Part shown: positions 62,146-64,000 of the stretch, piece after piece
Position numbering within the stretch: position 1 is the first letter of the stretch
Layout: every line of letters starts with the position of its first letter
From: Mobula hypostoma
Lineage: Eukaryota
NCBI RefSeq assembly: GCF_963921235.1
Contig: NC_086097.1
Location: forward strand, 155,560,001-155,624,000
Reading direction: 5' to 3'
DNA: 64,000 nt
The notes under the pieces: generated by a model
Told to the model about the DNA's origin: nothing
Databases searched by the model: none
The model's input: only the letters and a program-made list of their open reading frames with translations
Made by a program: the position numbers and the translations under genes

Positions 62146-64000
62146 TAACAATAGACAATAGACAATAGGTGCAGGAGTAGGCCATTCGGCCCTTCGAGCC
62201 ACCACCGCCATTCACTGTGATCATGGCTGATCATCCACAATCAGTATCCAGTTCCTGCCTTATCCCCATAACCTTTGATTCCGCTATCTTTAAGAGCTCT
62301 ATCCATCTCTTTCTTGAAGGCATCCAGAGACTTGGCCTCCACAGCCTTCTGGGGCAGAGCATTCCGTACATCCACCACTCTCTGGGTGAAAAAGTTTTTC
62401 CTCAACTCCATTCTAAATGGCCTACCCCTTATTCTTAAACTGTGGTCTCTGGTTCTGGACTCACCCATCAGCGGGAACATGCTTCCTGCCTCCAGCGTGT
62501 CCAATTCCTTAATAATCTTATATGTTTCAATAAGATCTCCTCTCAGCCTTCTAAATTCCAGAGTATACAAGCCCAGTCGCTCCAATCTTTCAACATATGA
62601 CAGTCCCGCCATCCCGGGAATTAACCTTGTGAACATACGCTGCACGCCTTCAATAGCAAGAATGTCCTTCCTCAAATTTGGAGACCAAATCTGCACACAG
62701 TACTCCAGGTATGGTCTCACCAGGGCCCTGCACAACTGCAGAAGGACCTCTTTGCTCTTATACTCAATTCCCCTTGTTATGAAGGCCATCATGCCATTAG
62801 CTTTCTTCACGGCCTGCTGTACTTGCATGCTTGCTTTCAGAGACTGATGCACAACAACACCTAGATCTTGTTGTACTTCCTTTTTTCCTAACTTGGCTCC
62901 ATTTAGATAATAATCTGCCTTCCAGTTCTTACTACCAAAGTGGGTAACCTCACATTTATTCACATTTATTGCATCTGCCATATATCTGCCCACTCACCCA
63001 GCCTGTCCAAGTCTCCCTGCATTCTCATAACATCCTCCTCACATTTCACACTGCCACCCAGCTTGGTGTCATCAGCAAATTTGCTAATGTTACTTTTAAT
63101 TCCCTCATCTAATTCATTAATATATATTGTAAACAGCTGCGGTCCCAGCACTGATCCCTACGGTATCCCACTGGTCACCGCCTGCCATTCCGAAAGGGAC
63201 CCGTTAATCGCTACTTTTTGTTTTCTGTCTGCCAGCCAATTTTCAATCCATGTCAGTACTCTGCCCCCAATACCATGTGCCCTAATTTTGCCCGCTAATT
63301 TCCTATGTGGGACTTTATCAAAGGCTTTCTGAAAGTCCAGGTACACTACATCCACTGGCTCTCCCTTGTCCATTTTCATAGTTACATCCTCAAAAAATTA
63401 CAGAAGATTAGTCAAGCACGATTTCCCCTTCGTAAATCCATGCTGACTCGGACCGATCCTGTTACTGCTATCCAGATGTGTCGTAATTCCATCTTTTATA
63501 ATTGACTCCAGCATCTTTCCCACCACCGACGTCAGGCTAACCGGTCTATAATTCCCTGTTTTCTCTCTTCCTCCCTTCTTGAAGAGAGGGACAATATTAC
63601 CAACCCTCCAATCCACAGGAACTGATCCTGAGTCTATAGAACATTGATTACCAATGTGTTCACGATTTCTAAAGCCACCTCCTTAAGTACCCTGGGATGC
63701 AGACGATCAGGTCCCCGGGACTTATCAGCCTTCAGACCCAACTGACTATCCAACACCATTTCCTGCCTAATATAAATTTCCTTCAGTTCATCCATTACCC
63801 TAGGTCCTTTGGCCACTATTATATCTGGGAGATTGTTTGTGTCTTCCCTAGTGAAGACAGATCCAAAGTACCTGTTCAACTCATTCTGCCATTTCCTTGT
63901 TCCCCATAATAAATTCACCCGCTTCTGTCTTCAAGGTCCTAATTTTGGTCTTAACTATTTTTTTCCTTTTCACATACCTAAAGAAGCTTTTACTATCCTC
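62146..64000 (-). mobile_element. CR1 LINE ORF2 3' half (runs off the window end)
   Basis: [44 protein letters not shown]; (CAATAGA)n tail at 62149-62168. Confidence 0.95.

Noticed and set aside
62275..62847. 190-aa plus-strand ORF and similar antisense ORFs
   Set aside because: Antisense shadows of CR1 ORF2.
1..64000. Prokaryotic defence, retron or other operon-like system
   Set aside because: There is no operon structure; all RT, endonuclease and transposase motifs belong to decayed eukaryotic transposon families.

Overview
This is eukaryotic, repeat-dominated DNA. The repeat repertoire (CR1, Rex1/Babar, L1, Nimb/I, Penelope, V-SINE-like, Tc1, hAT, Gypsy) points to a vertebrate, most likely a cartilaginous fish; that assignment is inference. 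No intact host protein-coding gene can be supported, and every recognisable ORF is a decayed transposon fragment. Main contents: many CR1 fragments of several ages; a near full-length L1 inside a hAT relic (~15.7-21.7 kb); a Gypsy element with both LTRs, PBS, PPT and TSD carrying a nested Tc1 and a Nimb/I-like LINE (23347-28994); a Neptune-type Penelope element with an inverted pLTR and 13-bp TSD (29748-31792); a complete IR/DR Tc1 (53565-55176); two solo LTRs; and a perfect 16 x 39-bp minisatellite inside a SINE. Most interesting signals: (1) a dispersed family of minimal hammerhead ribozyme motifs in Penelope pLTRs and short non-autonomous derivatives, one starting almost exactly at the ribozyme; (2) a ~500-bp TSD-flanked retroposon with no tRNA head and a structured, partly HDV-ribozyme-like 5' end; (3) a speculative cytokine-like first exon with a one-base frameshift near 60 kb. 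Many boundaries of old elements are approximate.
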